63,080 bases of DNA, filler included, from Aduncisulcus paluster (GCA_024181965.1; 36 parts of 36 records of this genome joined end to end with filler, not necessarily neighbours in it), one strand, 5' to 3'. Counted from the first letter of the whole stretch, positions 46,238-59,111 are shown. The notes: a model not told the origin generated them from the letters alone. Numbers and translations are program-made.

Positions 46238-47798
46238 GGTGGACGTGCGCGGTGAGATCCTCGAGCTGAAGGACACCATCAACACGATGGTGGACCAGCT
46301 CAACGCCTTCGCCGGCGAGGTCACGCGCGTGGCGCGCGAGGTCGGCACCGAGGGCAAGCTCGGCGGCCAGGCCGAGGTGCGCGGCGTTGCCGGTACCTGG
46401 AAAGACTTGACCGACAGTGTCAACTCGATGGCCTCGAACCTGACGGCGCAGGTCCGCAATATCGCCGAGGTCGCGACCGCGGTGGCGAAGGGCGACCTGT
46501 CGAAGAAGATCACGGTGAACGTGTCGGGCGAAATCCTTCAGCTCAAGGAAACGCTCAATACGATGGTGGACCAGCTGAACGCCTTCGCGGGCGAAGTGAC
46601 GCGCGTGGCGCGCGAGGTCGGCACCGACGGCAAGCTCGGCGGTCAGGCCGAAGTGCCCGGCGTCGCGGGCACCTGGAAGGATCTGACCGACAGCGTCAAC
46701 TCGATGGCGGGCAATTTGACGGCACAGGTCCGCAACATCGCCGAGGTCGCGACCGCGATCGCCGGCGGCGACCTGTCGCGCAAGATCACGGTCGACGTGC
46801 GCGGTGAGATCCTTCAGCTGAAGGAAACGCTGAACACGATGGTGGACCAGCTCAACCGCTTCGCCGGCGAGGTGACGCGCGTCNNNNNNNNNNNNNNNNN
46901 NNNNNNNNNNNNNNNNNNNNNNNNNNNNNNNNNNNNNNNNNNNNNNNNNNNNNNNNNNNNNNNNNNNNNNNNNNNNNNNNNNNNNNCACCGACAACGTCA
47001 ACTCGATGGCCGGCAATTTGACCGCCCAGGTCCGCAACATCGCGGAGGTCACCACCGCCGTGGCGCGCGGCGACCTGTCGCGCAAGATCACGGTCGACGT
47101 GAAGGGCGAAATCCTCGAGCTGAAGAACACCATCAACACGATGGTGGACCAGCTCAACGCCTTCGCCGGCGAGGTCACGCGCGTCGCGCGCGAGGTCGGT
47201 ACCGAAGGCAAACTCGGCGGCCAGGCCGAAGTGCCCGGCGTCGCCGGCACATGGAAGGACCTCACCGACAACGTCAACTTCATGGCGTCGAACCTGACCG
47301 CGCAGGTCCGCAACATCGCCGAGGTCGCGAGCGCGATCGCCGGCGGCGACCTGTCGAAGAAGATCACGGTGGACGTGCGCGGCGAGATCCTGCTGCTCAA
47401 GGACACCCTGAACACGATGGTCGAGCAGCTGCGCTCGTTCGCCGCCGAAGTGACGCGCGTGGCGCGCGAGGTCGGCACCGAGGGGCGGCTCGGCGGCCAG
47501 GCCGTGGTGCCCGGTGTCGGCGGCACCTGGAAGGACCTCACCGACAACGTCAACCTCCTGGCCGCGAACCTGACCACCCAGGTCCGCAACATCGCCGAAG
47601 TGACCACCGCCGTGGCGCGCGGCGACCTGTCGCGCAAGATCACGGTCGACGTGAAGGGCGAAATCCTCGAGCTGAAGAACACCATCAACACGATGGTGGA
47701 TCAGCTCAACGCCTTTGCCGGCGAGGTGACGCGCGTGGCGCGCGAGGTCGGCACCGAGGGCAAGCTCGGCGGCCAGGCCGAGGTGCGCGGCGTCGCCG
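46238..47798 (+). CDS. Poly-HAMP region of a group III (NIK1-like) hybrid histidine kinase
   Basis: Repeated [63 protein letters not shown] units. Confidence 0.93.
46238..47798 (+). repeat. 276-bp (92-aa) tandem coding repeat, more than 5 units
   Basis: Highly similar units recur every 276 nt. Confidence 0.9.
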
Positions 47799-47898
47799 NN
47801 NNNNNNNNNNNNNNNNNNNNNNNNNNNNNNNNNNNNNNNNNNTTAATTAATTAANNNNNNNNNNNNNNNNNNNNNNNNNNNNNNNNNNNNNNNNNNNN

Positions 47899-48197
47899 TT
47901 AAATCCACCCATCATTGTTCCTAAAATTTCGATAGCTTCAACTTTAGAAATAACTGAACATGTAGCGTTACCTTGAACGATATCATTTAAAAAAGCAGCT
48001 TTAACATAAGCAGCATCGTCAACACCTGGTCCAACTTTATTTTTAAATAAATCAACAGCATAATCTGCATCAGCAGTATTAGCTTTTAAAACTTCTACTA
48101 GTTCAGCAGTTTGCTCAGCAGTTAATGCTAACGGTGGTAAACCACCTTCTTGTAATCTTTCTTCTGTATGTGCTTTATAATTTGCAACTAGATTCAT
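47899..48197 (-). CDS. acnB: Aconitate hydratase B N-terminus
   Basis: PPLAL.AEQ, PGVDDAAYVKAAFL, LGTMMGGFN. Confidence 0.95.
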
Positions 48198-48325
48198 AAA
48201 TAATTCCTTTAAATAAATTTTATTTGAGTCATTTTATCCAATCAATTCTTATAATATTTTCTTATTCTTGAAAATTTACTTGATAATTTAAAATAGTGCT
48301 TACTTTTGTTACACTCAATAAAATT

Positions 48326-48921
48326 TTACAACATACATATCTTTTGTTCCATGTTAAATTGGGATTTTAAGGTAAGTAATCGACAGCTATTTTCTAATAT
48401 TGCTACTTTCTTTATCAAATTATTCATATCTCGATCACACACATAAACCCCTACTCCTCGTATGATTACGACACTATTTTTTGACGATTGAAGTAGTCTT
48501 GGTATCTCAGTAACTGCTCTTTCCTGCCATGTTTCAAAATCTCCTGGATTATGTACAACAATACNNNNNNNNNNNNNNNNNNNNCTGCAAATTTTATTGT
48601 GCTATGTAAAAGAGAATATGCACAAGTGTATGGAGGCATTCCACAAGCTATATATTTTGCTTCATGCAGTTTTGTATAAATAGCTTTATGTGTTTCTGCT
48701 TCCATACTTGCCATATTCCAACTATAGTCTCTATGGGACATACTTAACTCACATAATGTAGACTCAATAATCTCATCAAATATTGCATCTTTTGTGTTTA
48801 TTATAAAGTTATCATGTTCTATTTTCTTTGATATAGACCCGTGATAGATACCAAAAAAATTCTTTCGAAATAATGTAAGTGATATATCAGATAAATGTTT
48901 AACAATCTTTTTGTCTACCAT
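48326..48921 (-). CDS. Class II aldolase/adducin family protein
   Basis: FFGIYHGSIS, ASME...H..IY; after the gap IRGVGVY...AILENSC. Confidence 0.8.
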
Positions 48922-48995
48922 AGATAAAACCTTTAATTTGAATTGTGATATTATATCAATCTAAAACACTATATTAAATTAAATAGGATAAAGCA

Positions 48996-49116
48996 TTGAA
49001 TGAAACAATAGTTCCCCATATTCCAGTACTTTTTGATGAAGTAATCGAAACTTTCAAAGACTTAAAAGATGGATATATCATCGACTGTACTTTAGGATAT
49101 GGAGGTCATTCACTAG
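48996..49116 (+). CDS. rsmH: 16S rRNA m4C methyltransferase N-terminus
   Basis: TTG start; HIPVLFDEV...IDCTLGYGGHS. Confidence 0.93.
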
Positions 49117-49216
49117 NNNNNNNNNNNNNNNNNNNNNNNNNNNNNNNNNNNNNNNNNNNNTTAATTAATTAANNNNNNNNNNNNNNNNNNNNNNNNNNNN
49201 NNNNNNNNNNNNNNNN

Positions 49217-49596
49217 CTAAAATAGAAAATAAACTTTTCAATAAATATCATGGCGATGGACTTATTGTTTCTACACCAACAGGATCAACCGCATACAATT
49301 TATCATGTAATGGACCTGTTGTTTTCCCTTTAACAGAAGCTTTTATTGTTACTCCTATTTCTGCACACTCTCTAACACAAAGACCATTAGTTTTGCCAGT
49401 TGATTTTAAGATAACACTTGAAAATACTGATAAACAAAAAGCGATGGTGATTATTGATGGTCATGATGTCTATGATTTAGAGCCAAACGAGGTGATAACA
49501 ATAGAGGTAGCTTCTGCAAAAGCACAACTTATACATAGATGTGAACGAAACTATTTTGATGTATTAAATAAAAAATTATATTGGGGTGCAAATTGA
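49217..49596 (+). CDS. nadK: NAD kinase C-terminus
   Basis: GDGLIVSTPTGSTAYNLS, PISAHSLTQRPLV, IDG, KL.WG. Confidence 0.95.
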
Positions 49597-50752
49597 TTAA
49601 TCGATTTTATTTAGAAAACTATCTATCTTTTGAAAAAATAGATATAGAGTTTAAAAAAGGTTTGATAGTATTTACAGGAGCTAGTGGAGCAGGAAAATCT
49701 GTACTTATGAGTTCAATTTTATCTTTATTTGGAACAACAGATAGTAATGCTCAATTGAGTGAAATAGTACTTGAAGACTTAAAAATAACAGATGAGAATT
49801 ATGGAATTGAAAAAGATGATGATATAGTTATAAAACAAACCACATCCCTAAAAACACGATATCTTTTAAACAATCAATCGATTTCTAAAAAAAATTTAAA
49901 AGTATTCACAGCAAACTTTTCAAAACATCTTCACCTGAAAGATACAACAGATTTTGATAGTAAAAAAATTATCTCATTTTTGGATTTTTTGACCTCTTTA
50001 AACAATAAAAAGTATAGTAAAATACTTGAAAAATTTGAAATAAAGTATAAAGAATATAAAACATTACAAGATAAACTGAGNNNNNNNNNNNNNNNNNNNN
50101 NNNNNNNNNNNNNNNNNNNNNNNNNNNNNNNNNNNNNNNNNNNNNNNNNNNNNNNNNNNNNNNCTAATCGAATATACAAAATTTGAGATTGAAAAGATAG
50201 CAAAAATAGATCCACAAGTAGATGAATATGATGAACTTAAAGAGCTTAAAATAAATTTATCCAAAAAAGACAAGTTTGATGATATCTTACAAGATATACA
50301 ACCAATGCTCAATGAAACACATAAAATATCGAGTGCTTTACAACTGTTAGATGTAGACTGTGCTTTTTTTGATGATGCTATAGCAGAAGTTAATAATCAT
50401 TTTGAGAAGTTTTATGATAGTGTTGCTTCAACAGATGATATGGAGATCGAAAGTGTACTAACAAGAATAGAAGAACTCTCTTCTTTAAATAAAAAGTTTG
50501 GTGGTATTACTGAGGCTTTAGAGTATAAAAAAGTTAAAGAAAAAGAGTTAGAAGGGTATGAGAATATCTCTTTTGAAAAAGCTATTTTAGAAAAAAATGT
50601 TCAAAAAATATCTGAAGAGATAGAGTTGTTAGCACAAGATATTTCTAAAATCAGAGAAGAAAATATAGTATATTTAGAAGAAAAGGTAAATGAATATTTA
50701 GAATATTTATACTTAGAAAATTTGACAATCTCTATTCAAAGACAGCCTCTTG
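49593..50752 (+). CDS. recN: DNA repair protein RecN (partial)
   Basis: TTGA overlap with nadK; FTGASGAGKS Walker A; coiled coil. Confidence 0.88.
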
Positions 50753-50874
50753 ANNNNNNNNNNNNNNNNNNNNNNNNNNNNNNNNNNNNNNNNNNNNTTA
50801 ATTAATTAANNNNNNNNNNNNNNNNNNNNNNNNNNNNNNNNNNNNNNNNNNNNATAAGACAGCGAAAGAAAAAT

Positions 50875-51825
50875 ATGCTAATTGATGGACATGGAAGAAA
50901 AGTTAACTATTTACGAGTTTCTGTAACAGAAAGATGCAATTTTAGGTGTCAATATTGTATGCCTGAGAAACCATTTTCTTGGGTTCCTCAAGAAAAATTA
51001 CTCTCATTTGAAGATATGTTTGAGTTTATAAAAGTAGGAATTGATGAAGGTATCGAAAAAGTTCGTTTGACAGGTGGAGAACCTCTTCTACGAAAAGATT
51101 TAGATAAGTTTATCAAAATGATATCTGACTATTCTCCTTCTCTTGATTTAGCCCTTACAACTAACGCATTCTTACTAGAAGACGCAGCTCAAAAACTTAA
51201 AGATGCTGGTCTAAAAAGAGTCAATATTTCACTTGATAGTTTACAAGAAAGTGTTGCGCATCATATTGCACAAAAAAATGTTTTAGGTAAAGTTCTCAAA
51301 GGTATAGCAAAAGCAGATGAGGTTGGACTTAAAATTAAAATAAATTGTGTTCCAATGAAAGATGTAAATGATACAGAACTTATAGATCTACTTGAGTATT
51401 GCAAAACAAAAGGATATGAGATCCGATTTATAGAATATATGGAAAATTCTCATGCCAATGTAAAAGCTGGACTAACTTCAGAAGATATTCAAAATATTAT
51501 AAGGGAAAAGTATAATTTTGTACGCGGTGAACGGGAAGGAAACTCCCCCTCTCAAAGTTATTTTTTAGATGATGGTTACAAATTTGGANNNNNNNNNNNN
51601 NNNNNNNNNNNNNNNNNNNNNNNNNNNNNNCGCATTACAGCGGAGGGGTATCTTATCCCTTGTTTATATTTTGAAGATGCTTTGAGTATTGCAGATGCAA
51701 TTAAATCAAAAAATATAAAAGAAGCGTCAGATATCCTTAAAAAAGTACTGCAAAATAAACCAGAAAAAAATAAATGGGGAAGTGAAGATAATTCTGATAG
51801 AGCTTTTTATGAAACTGGTGGCTAA
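50875..51825 (+). CDS. moaA: GTP 3',8-cyclase
   Basis: [24 protein letters not shown], terminal GG. Confidence 0.97.
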   Translation: MLIDGHGRKVNYLRVSVTERCNFRCQYCMPEKPFSWVPQEKLLSFEDMFEFIKVGIDEGIEKVRLTGGEPLLRKDLDKFIKMISDYSPSLDLALTTNAFLLEDAAQKLKDAGLKRVNISLDSLQESVAHHIAQKNVLGKVLKGIAKADEVGLKIKINCVPMKDVNDTELIDLLEYCKTKGYEIRFIEYMENSHANVKAGLTSEDIQNIIREKYNFVRGEREGNSPSQSYFLDDGYKFGXXXXXXXXXXXXXXRITAEGYLIPCLYFEDALSIADAIKSKNIKEASDILKKVLQNKPEKNKWGSEDNSDRAFYETGG

Positions 51826-51971
51826 GAGTGTATCATAAACAATAAAATATAGATTTTGTTATCTATTTGTTACCTTTATTTGCTAAAATGTAGATTTTAT
51901 ATATTTATTTTAGCTTAATGAAAACTTCTTTTTGCTAGTATTGTCGGTAGATTATACACAGGAAATTGAAA

Positions 51972-52139
51972 ATGAATGATAAACATTATGAAGTCGTAAT
52001 TGTAGGTGGTGGTATTTCAGGTGCTGCTTTATTTTATGAATTAGGAAAATATACAAATGCAAAGAAAATTTGTATGTTGGAAAAATATGAAGCATTAGCT
52101 ACTCTTAACTCTAAAGGAAGTAGTAACTCTCAAACTATT
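51972..52139 (+). CDS. mqo: FAD oxidoreductase N-terminus, probably epsilon-type malate:quinone oxidoreductase
   Basis: GGGISG, LEKY, LNS....NSQTI. Confidence 0.7.
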
Positions 52140-52239
52140 NNNNNNNNNNNNNNNNNNNNNNNNNNNNNNNNNNNNNNNNNNNNTTAATTAATTAANNNNN
52201 NNNNNNNNNNNNNNNNNNNNNNNNNNNNNNNNNNNNNNN

Positions 52240-53561
52240 GTCGCGTGACCTGGCCATTCCCGATGACGGCTCAACCATCGACATGGAAAAGATCGATCCC
52301 GACGCCGTCCAACTACCCGGGTGGTACCGGCCGGATCCCGGTCAAGCCCGTGACCTGGCGTTTGTGATGTTCAGTGGCACCGGCGCCAAGCTGCTGCCGA
52401 AACAGATCACCAATCATCGGTGGGCGCTGTCGGCGTTCGGCACCGCGTCGGCCGCCGCGCTCAGCTCCACCGACACCGTGTACTGCCTCACGCCGCTGCA
52501 TCACCAGTCCGGGCTGCTGGTCAGCATCGGCGGAGCGGTGGCCGGCGGTGCGCGAATTGCCTTGTCGCGCGGGCTCGATCCCGACCGGTTCGTCCAGGAG
52601 ATCCATCAGTACGGCGTCAGCGTGGTGTCCTATACCTGGGCCATGATGCATGAGGTTATCGACGATCCGGCGCTGGCCCTCGGCGCGCATCATTCGGTCC
52701 GCCTGTTCATCGGATCGGGTATGCCCGCAGGTCTGTGGCGACGGGTCACCGAGAGGTTTGAGCCCGCTCATGTCGTCGAGTTCTTCGCGACAACCGACGG
52801 CGAGGCGGTGCTGGCCAACGTGTCCGGCACGAAGGTCGGCAGCAAGGGTCGCCCCCTACCCGGCGGCGGCAAGGTGCGGCTGGCCGCGTACGACCCCATC
52901 GAGGACGTGATCATCGAGGGGGAGGACGGCTTCGTGCAGATCGCCGAACCCGGAGAGGTCGGCCTGTTGTTGGCGAAGCCGCCGGGAGACGTTGACCCCA
53001 CCGCTGCGGTGCGGCGCGGCGTATTCGCGCCCGGCGACACCTGGGTGTCGTCTGANNNNNNNNNNNNNNNNNNNNNNNNNNNNNNNNNNNNNNNNNNNNN
53101 NNNNNNNNNAGTTCCTGTTCCGCCGTGATGAAGACGGCGATTTCTGGATGCTTGACGGTCGGGGCACCGCGATCCGAACGGCCCAGGGTGTCGTGTACGC
53201 CGAGGCCACCAGCAACGCGCTGGGCGCTCTGGGTGCCATCGATCTGGTCGCGACGTATCCGGTCGAATCGGGCGAGACCACGCTTGCGGTGACGGCAGTG
53301 GTGTTGCGGCCCGGCGAGGCGCTATCGCCCGCGGATCTGGCCGAAGCGTTTGCCGCCGTCCCGATCACCGAACGTCCGGACATCATCAAGGTGGTTCCGA
53401 ATCTGCCATTGAGTGCCTCCTACCGGCCGTCGACAACACACCTGCGGGATTTGGGTCTGCCGAAGCCGGGCCGGCAGACGTGGCACCTCGATCCGGAGTC
53501 GGGCACCTACCACCGACTTACTGCCGCGACGGTTGAGGCGCTGCAGAGCGCGGCCCGCTAG
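52240..53561 (+). CDS. Acyl-CoA synthetase-like C-terminal region (Rv1683-like)
   Basis: ITNHRWALSAFGTASAA, LTPLHH, FIGSGMP, EFFATTDG, LFRRDEDGD. Confidence 0.8.
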
Positions 53562-53665
53562 GGCCCTGCAGGGCGCGACCACCCACACGCCGCCGCCTCG
53601 CCTTCTGCTGCTGATGTGGCGGGGTGTTGTTAGGCTGACGTCCGCGATACCGGAAGGAACTCGTC

Positions 53666-53787
53666 ATGCCGACACGCCCACGTGCCCTCGCGGGTACCGC
53701 GCTGGCCACGGTTGGCCTCTGCGCCGCCTTGGCGTTCGGGCCCGGTGCCGGCACCGCCCGCGCCGACGTACTGGATGACATCGCGCA
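53666..53787 (+). CDS. Secreted protein N-terminus
   Basis: GAAGGA RBS; signal peptide ending ARA-D. Confidence 0.65.
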
Positions 53788-53887
53788 NNNNNNNNNNNNN
53801 NNNNNNNNNNNNNNNNNNNNNNNNNNNNNNNTTAATTAATTAANNNNNNNNNNNNNNNNNNNNNNNNNNNNNNNNNNNNNNNNNNNN

Positions 53888-55689
53888 GCTGGGATGTCAC
53901 CAGCCCCGCCTACATCCTCGAAAACCCCAACGGCAACACGCTATGCATCCCGACAGTGTTCGTGTCGATGACCGGTGAGGCTCTGGATCACAAGACTCCG
54001 CTGCTACGCAGCCAGCAGGCGATGGGCGAGCACGCCGAGCGCATCCTGAAACTATTCGGTCACAGCAATTTCGATCACATCGTGTCGTTCTGCGGTCCGG
54101 AACAGGAGTACTTCCTTGTCGACCGTCACTTCTTCCTGGCCCGCCCCGACCTGATCAACGCCGGCCGCACACTGTTCGGCGCCAAGCCGCCGAAGGGTCA
54201 GGAGTTCGACGACCACTACTTCGGTGCGGTGCCCGAGCGGGTTCTCGGTTTCATGATGGATACCGAGCGTGAACTGTTCAAGCTCGGCATCCCGGCCAAG
54301 ACCCGGCACAACGAGGTCGCACCCGGTCAATTCGAGATCGCCCCCATGTTCGAGCGTGCCAACATCGCCTCTGATCACCAGCAGCTGCTCATGACGACGT
54401 TCAAGACGATCGCCAAGAAACACGGAATGGAGTGCCTGTTCCACGAGAAGCCCTTTGCCGGAGTCAATGGTTCTGGCAAGCACGTCAATTTTTCGCTGGG
54501 GAACTCGCAGTTCGGCAGCCTTCTCGTGCCGGGGGATACCCCGCACGAGAACGCCCAGTTCCTGGTCTTCTGCGCAGCGGTTATCCNNNNNNNNNNNNNN
54601 NNNNNNNNNNNNNNNNNNNNNNNNNNNNNNNNNNNNNNNNNNNNNNNNNNNNNNNNNNNNNNNNNNNNNNNNNNNNNNNNNNNNNNNNNNNNNNNNNNNN
54701 NNNNNGTGGCATCGGCGACCAACGACCACCGTCTCGGCGCGAACGAGGCCCCGCCGGCCATTATCTCGATCTTCCTCGGCGATCAGCTGGCCGATGTGTT
54801 CGAGCAGATCGCCAAGGGCGCGGCGACATCATCAAAGGGCAAGGGCAGCATGATTATCGGCGTCGACACGCTGCCGGTCCTGCCCACCGATCCGGGAGAC
54901 CGCAACCGCACCAGCCCATTTGCGTTCACCGGCAACCGCTTCGAATTCCGCGCCCCTGGCTCGATGCAGACGGTGGCCGCGCCGATGGTCACGATCAACA
55001 CGATCATGGCGGAATCGCTGGACTACATCGCTACCGTGCTGGAGAAGGAAGTTGCGGACGGTACTGACTTCGACCAAGCCGTTCAGCAGCTTCTCACCGA
55101 CATCATCACCGAACACGGTGCCGTGGTGTTCAACGGGGACGGCTATTCCGAGGAGTGGCAGACCGAAGCCGCCGTTCGGGGGCTGCCGAATCTGAAGACC
55201 ACCTTGGACGCGCTGCCGGAGCTGATCAAGCCAGAGGCCCTGGAGCTGTTCGACAAATACAAGGTCTTCAACGACCGGGAGATGCACAGCCGCTACGAGA
55301 TCGGCCTTGAGCAGTACGCGCTGACCATCCACGTCGAGGCGAAGCTGTCCCTGGAGCTGGCCTCGACAGTCGTGCTGCCCGCAGCCCTGCGCTACCAGAC
55401 AGAGGTCGCGCAGAATGTCGCCGCGCTGAAGGCCGCCGGGATGACGCCGAGCACCACCCTGCTGGAGGACATATCGGCCCCCATCGCCGACCTCGTCGCC
55501 GCTCTCGCCGAGCTGAAGAAGGGAATCGAGAGCGACTCCGCCGTCAACGTGCTGGAGGAAGCGGAGCACGCCAAGAGCCTGCTGCCTGCCATGGATGCGG
55601 TGCGGGCCGCCGCCGACACGCTCGAAGGGATAGTGGCCGATGACCTGTGGCCGCTGCCGACCTACCAGGAAATGCTCTACATCCTGTAA
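53888..55689 (+). CDS. Glutamine synthetase type III (5' partial)
   Basis: [67 protein letters not shown]. Confidence 0.95.
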
Positions 55690-55744
55690 GTAGGAAGTCC
55701 CGCGTTCATCGCGTTGGTGGTCAAAGGGTTTGGCCACCGCCGAT

Positions 55745-55771
55745 AGCAGGGTGGCGGGCAAGCCACCCGCT
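55745..55771 (+). terminator. GC-rich hairpin after GSIII
   Basis: AGCaGGGTGGC gggcaa GCCACCC-GCT. Confidence 0.5.
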
Positions 55772-55887
55772 GAGGCCGGGTGCCGTCCCACGTGTTCTCG
55801 CCGATCTTGATCAGAGTCGGTCCCAGGAGCATCCCTTTCTGCCACACTGAGCAGTCGTCTAGCTGGGCCGTCGAAGGGACGCCGAGG

Positions 55888-56063
55888 GTGCGGGTTACAC
55901 GTGAGGCCGAGGGGCAGGCACCGGAGTCCGGTGAAGCCCGAAGGTTCAGACTGCTGCGCTTCCGCCCACTGACGAGGGTCAGCATTCAGTCCAAACTGAT
56001 CGCGATGATGGTGGTGTGCACCATCGTGGGTGCCGCGGTGGTCGGGATCATCGCTTTTCAGGT
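55888..56063 (+). CDS. Membrane signalling protein N-terminus (adenylate cyclase-like, tentative)
   Basis: RVSIQSKL followed by a TM helix; start uncertain. Confidence 0.45.
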
Positions 56064-56196
56064 NNNNNNNNNNNNNNNNNNNNNNNNNNNNNNNNNNNNN
56101 NNNNNNNTTAATTAATTAANNNNNNNNNNNNNNNNNNNNNNNNNNNNNNNNNNNNNNNNNNNNGACATCAACGCAGGAAATATCGAGGAGACCTTC

Positions 56197-56523
56197 GTGA
56201 CCTACACGATCGCGGAACCGTGCGTCGACGTTATGGACAAGGCATGTATTGAAGAGTGCCCCGTCGACTGCATCTACGAGGGCGGGCGGATGCTGTACAT
56301 CCATCCCGACGAATGCGTGGACTGCGGTGCGTGCGAACCGGTGTGCCCGGTGGAGGCCATCTTCTACGAGGACGATGTGCCGGACCAGTGGACCGGCTAC
56401 ATCCAGTCCAACGCCGATTTCTTCGTCGATCTGGGCTCGCCCGGTGGCGCCGCGAAGGTGGGCAAGACCGAATACGACCCGCCGTCGGTCAAGGAGCTTC
56501 CGCCCATGGGTGAGGGACACTGA
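56197..56523 (+). CDS. fdxA: 7Fe ferredoxin
   Basis: [26 protein letters not shown]...[13 protein letters not shown]. Confidence 0.96.
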   Translation: MTYTIAEPCVDVMDKACIEECPVDCIYEGGRMLYIHPDECVDCGACEPVCPVEAIFYEDDVPDQWTGYIQSNADFFVDLGSPGGAAKVGKTEYDPPSVKELPPMGEGH

Positions 56524-57721
56524 GCTCGCTAGCGGATCGGCGCGTATCGTCCTCTCTCCCTGAGTTTCCGTGGGACACCATCGCCGATGCCAAGGCGACG
56601 GCTGCGGCGCACCCCGAGGGGATCGTCGACCTTTCGGTCGGCACCCCCGTGGACAGCGTGGCCCCGGTCATACGCGACGCGTTGGCCGCGGCCAGCGATC
56701 TGCCCGGGTACCCGGCGACCGCGGGCACGCCAGTATTACGGCAGGCCATTCGTGATGCGGTCACCCGGCGATACGGCGTTGTGCCGCTGGCCGACAACGC
56801 CGTGCTGCCGGTCGTCGGCACCAAGGAGCTCATCGCGTGGCTGCCGACCCTGCTGGGGTTGGGTGCCGACGACCTGATCGTCATCCCCGAATTGGCCTAC
56901 CCCACCTATGAGGTGGGCGCACGCCTGGCGCGGGTGCCGNNNNNNNNNNNNNNNNNNNNNNNNNNNNNNNNNNNNNNNNNNNNNNNNNNNNNNNNNNNNN
57001 NNNNNNNNNNNNNNNNNNNNNNNNNNNNNNNNNNNNNNNNNNNNNNNNNNNNNNNNNNNNNNNNNNNNNNNNNNNNNNNNNNNNNNNNNNNNNNNNNNNN
57101 NNNNCGCGGGTGCCGACAGTTCGGGCGGACTCGCTGACACAACTGGGGCCGCAGCATCCGACCCTGATCTACCTGAACTCGCCCAGTAACCCGACCGGTG
57201 CGGTACTGCCGGTGGAGCATCTGCGCAAGGTGGTCGAGTGGGCGCGCGAACGCGGTGCTCTGGTGGTTTCCGACGAGTGCTACCTCGGTCTCGGGTGGGA
57301 GGCGGACCCGGTGTCGGTCCTCGATCCCCGGGTCTGTGACGGCGACACCGCTGGGCTGTTGGCCGTGCACTCGCTGTCCAAGACCTCATCGCTCGCCGGA
57401 TACCGGGCCGGATTCGTGTTGGGTGACGCCTCGGTGGTTGGCGAGCTGCTGGCGGTGCGCAAGCACGCCGGGATGATGGTGCCCGGACCGGTGCAGGCGG
57501 CGATGACCGCTGCCCTGAGCGAGGACGAGCATCAGCGCGATCAGCGCGCCCGCTATGAGCATCGCCGCGACAGGCTGTCGAAGGCTTTGACTGACAACGG
57601 ATTCCGGATCGATCACTCCGAGGCCGGCTTGTATCTGTGGGCCACCCGGGGCGACTCCTGTGACGATGCGCTGGCATATCTGGCGCAGCGCGGGATTCTG
57701 GTGGCGCCCGGTCGGTTCTAT
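56520..57721 (+). CDS. dapC: Succinyldiaminopimelate transaminase (partial; probable CTG start)
   Basis: [48 protein letters not shown]; follows fdxA. Confidence 0.92.
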
Positions 57722-57821
57722 NNNNNNNNNNNNNNNNNNNNNNNNNNNNNNNNNNNNNNNNNNNNTTAATTAATTAANNNNNNNNNNNNNNNNNNNNNNN
57801 NNNNNNNNNNNNNNNNNNNNN

Positions 57822-58852
57822 TATTACATTTTGTTGATAAAATCTTATGCAAGATTGTCCATCCTAAAGAATCTTTAAAATTCTTTTCCACTTTTCTACT
57901 AATCAAACTACTTATATTATTTTGAAAATTTTTACAAACTGTAGCTGTAGTTATATTGTTTTCAAAAATCTTTAAAACATACGCAAAAAATATATTATGT
58001 TGCTGCTTATTAATTTGATGAAGATTTATATTATATCTTGTATATAAACTAAATAAAGCAAAATTATCATACATCAAAGGTTTGAAAAATAGAGGATTTC
58101 CCTCTGAGTCAAAGAAATCTAAAATAAACTGTTTGCCCTCTTCCTCTTTTTCATAAGAGAGTAAAAGTTTTACAACATCAAAATATAAAGCATCAGGGTC
58201 ATACATGTTCAATAGTGCTTCATCAGTTAATGGTAAAGTGCCATGTTTATGTAAAATTAAATTTGTTAAAATCTCATAAACTGTTTGTCCATCTTTATTT
58301 TTGAGAGTTGGTTTTATATTATGATTCAATAATTGTTCTATAATTTTAGAATATTCCATACCGTCATAAACCAAATTTTCCAATACCGTTTGTCCTTTAG
58401 TATTTTGAATGTTAGTATCAATTTTTGCATCTAATAAGAAGTCAATAAGTTCAGTATCTCTTAAAGCAACTGCATTAAATAATCCAGATTCCCCTTTTTG
58501 ATCTAAAGCATTAATATCTCCATTATATTTAAGCATTTTATGTACGATACTTAAAAGATCCAGTCTATATTGTTTCTTTTCAAGAGGTACTTTCGATGCA
58601 ATAAAAACTATCTGCATCATAATAGTACGCCCCGATGTTGTTTTTTCATTTATATTCGCGCCATGAGTTAAGGCAATATCTATTATATCTTCAGCTTCTT
58701 TCCCTCTTAATGCTGTTTTATAAAGATACGATTCCCCCTTTGCATTTAGCTTTGTAGGATCACAACCCGCAATTAAAAGATCTTTTGCTAGTGTATCATT
58801 TTGCTCTATTTGTGGATGTTGCATAAGGGTGTTTCCATCTTTATCGATGTCG
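57822..58852 (-). CDS. Ankyrin repeat protein (partial)
   Basis: Repeated GxT/S.L motifs with GA/DIN linkers (GESYL, GRTIM, GESGLF, GQTVL, GNPLF, GWTILH). Confidence 0.85.
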
Positions 58853-58952
58853 NNNNNNNNNNNNNNNNNNNNNNNNNNNNNNNNNNNNNNNNNNNNTTAA
58901 TTAATTAANNNNNNNNNNNNNNNNNNNNNNNNNNNNNNNNNNNNNNNNNNNN

Positions 58953-59111
58953 GTCGGCTCGTTCAAGTACACCCTGTGGCGCCTGCAAGAGCGCGTGGTG
59001 GGTCAGGGACCTGACGTCCCGGCAGTTCCCATGCGGCCCAGCCCGACCGAGCCAGGTGTGATCGAACCGGTACCGGGTGCCGTGCCTGTGCCTCAGGGAC
59101 CGCCGCGATGA
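58953..59111 (+). CDS. Pro-rich C-terminus of the preceding Mce protein
   Basis: Frame ends ...VPCLCLRDRRD region with ATGA overlap at 59108; operon context only. Confidence 0.4.
   Translation, partial: VGSFKYTLWRLQERVVGQGPDVPAVPMRPSPTEPGVIEPVPGAVPVPQGPPR

Noticed and set aside
53888-55689. Type III glutamine synthetase as a novel acquisition in a mycobacterium
   Set aside because: Composition matches the other mycobacterial scaffolds, there are no mobility signs, and extra GS paralogues are usual in environmental mycobacteria.
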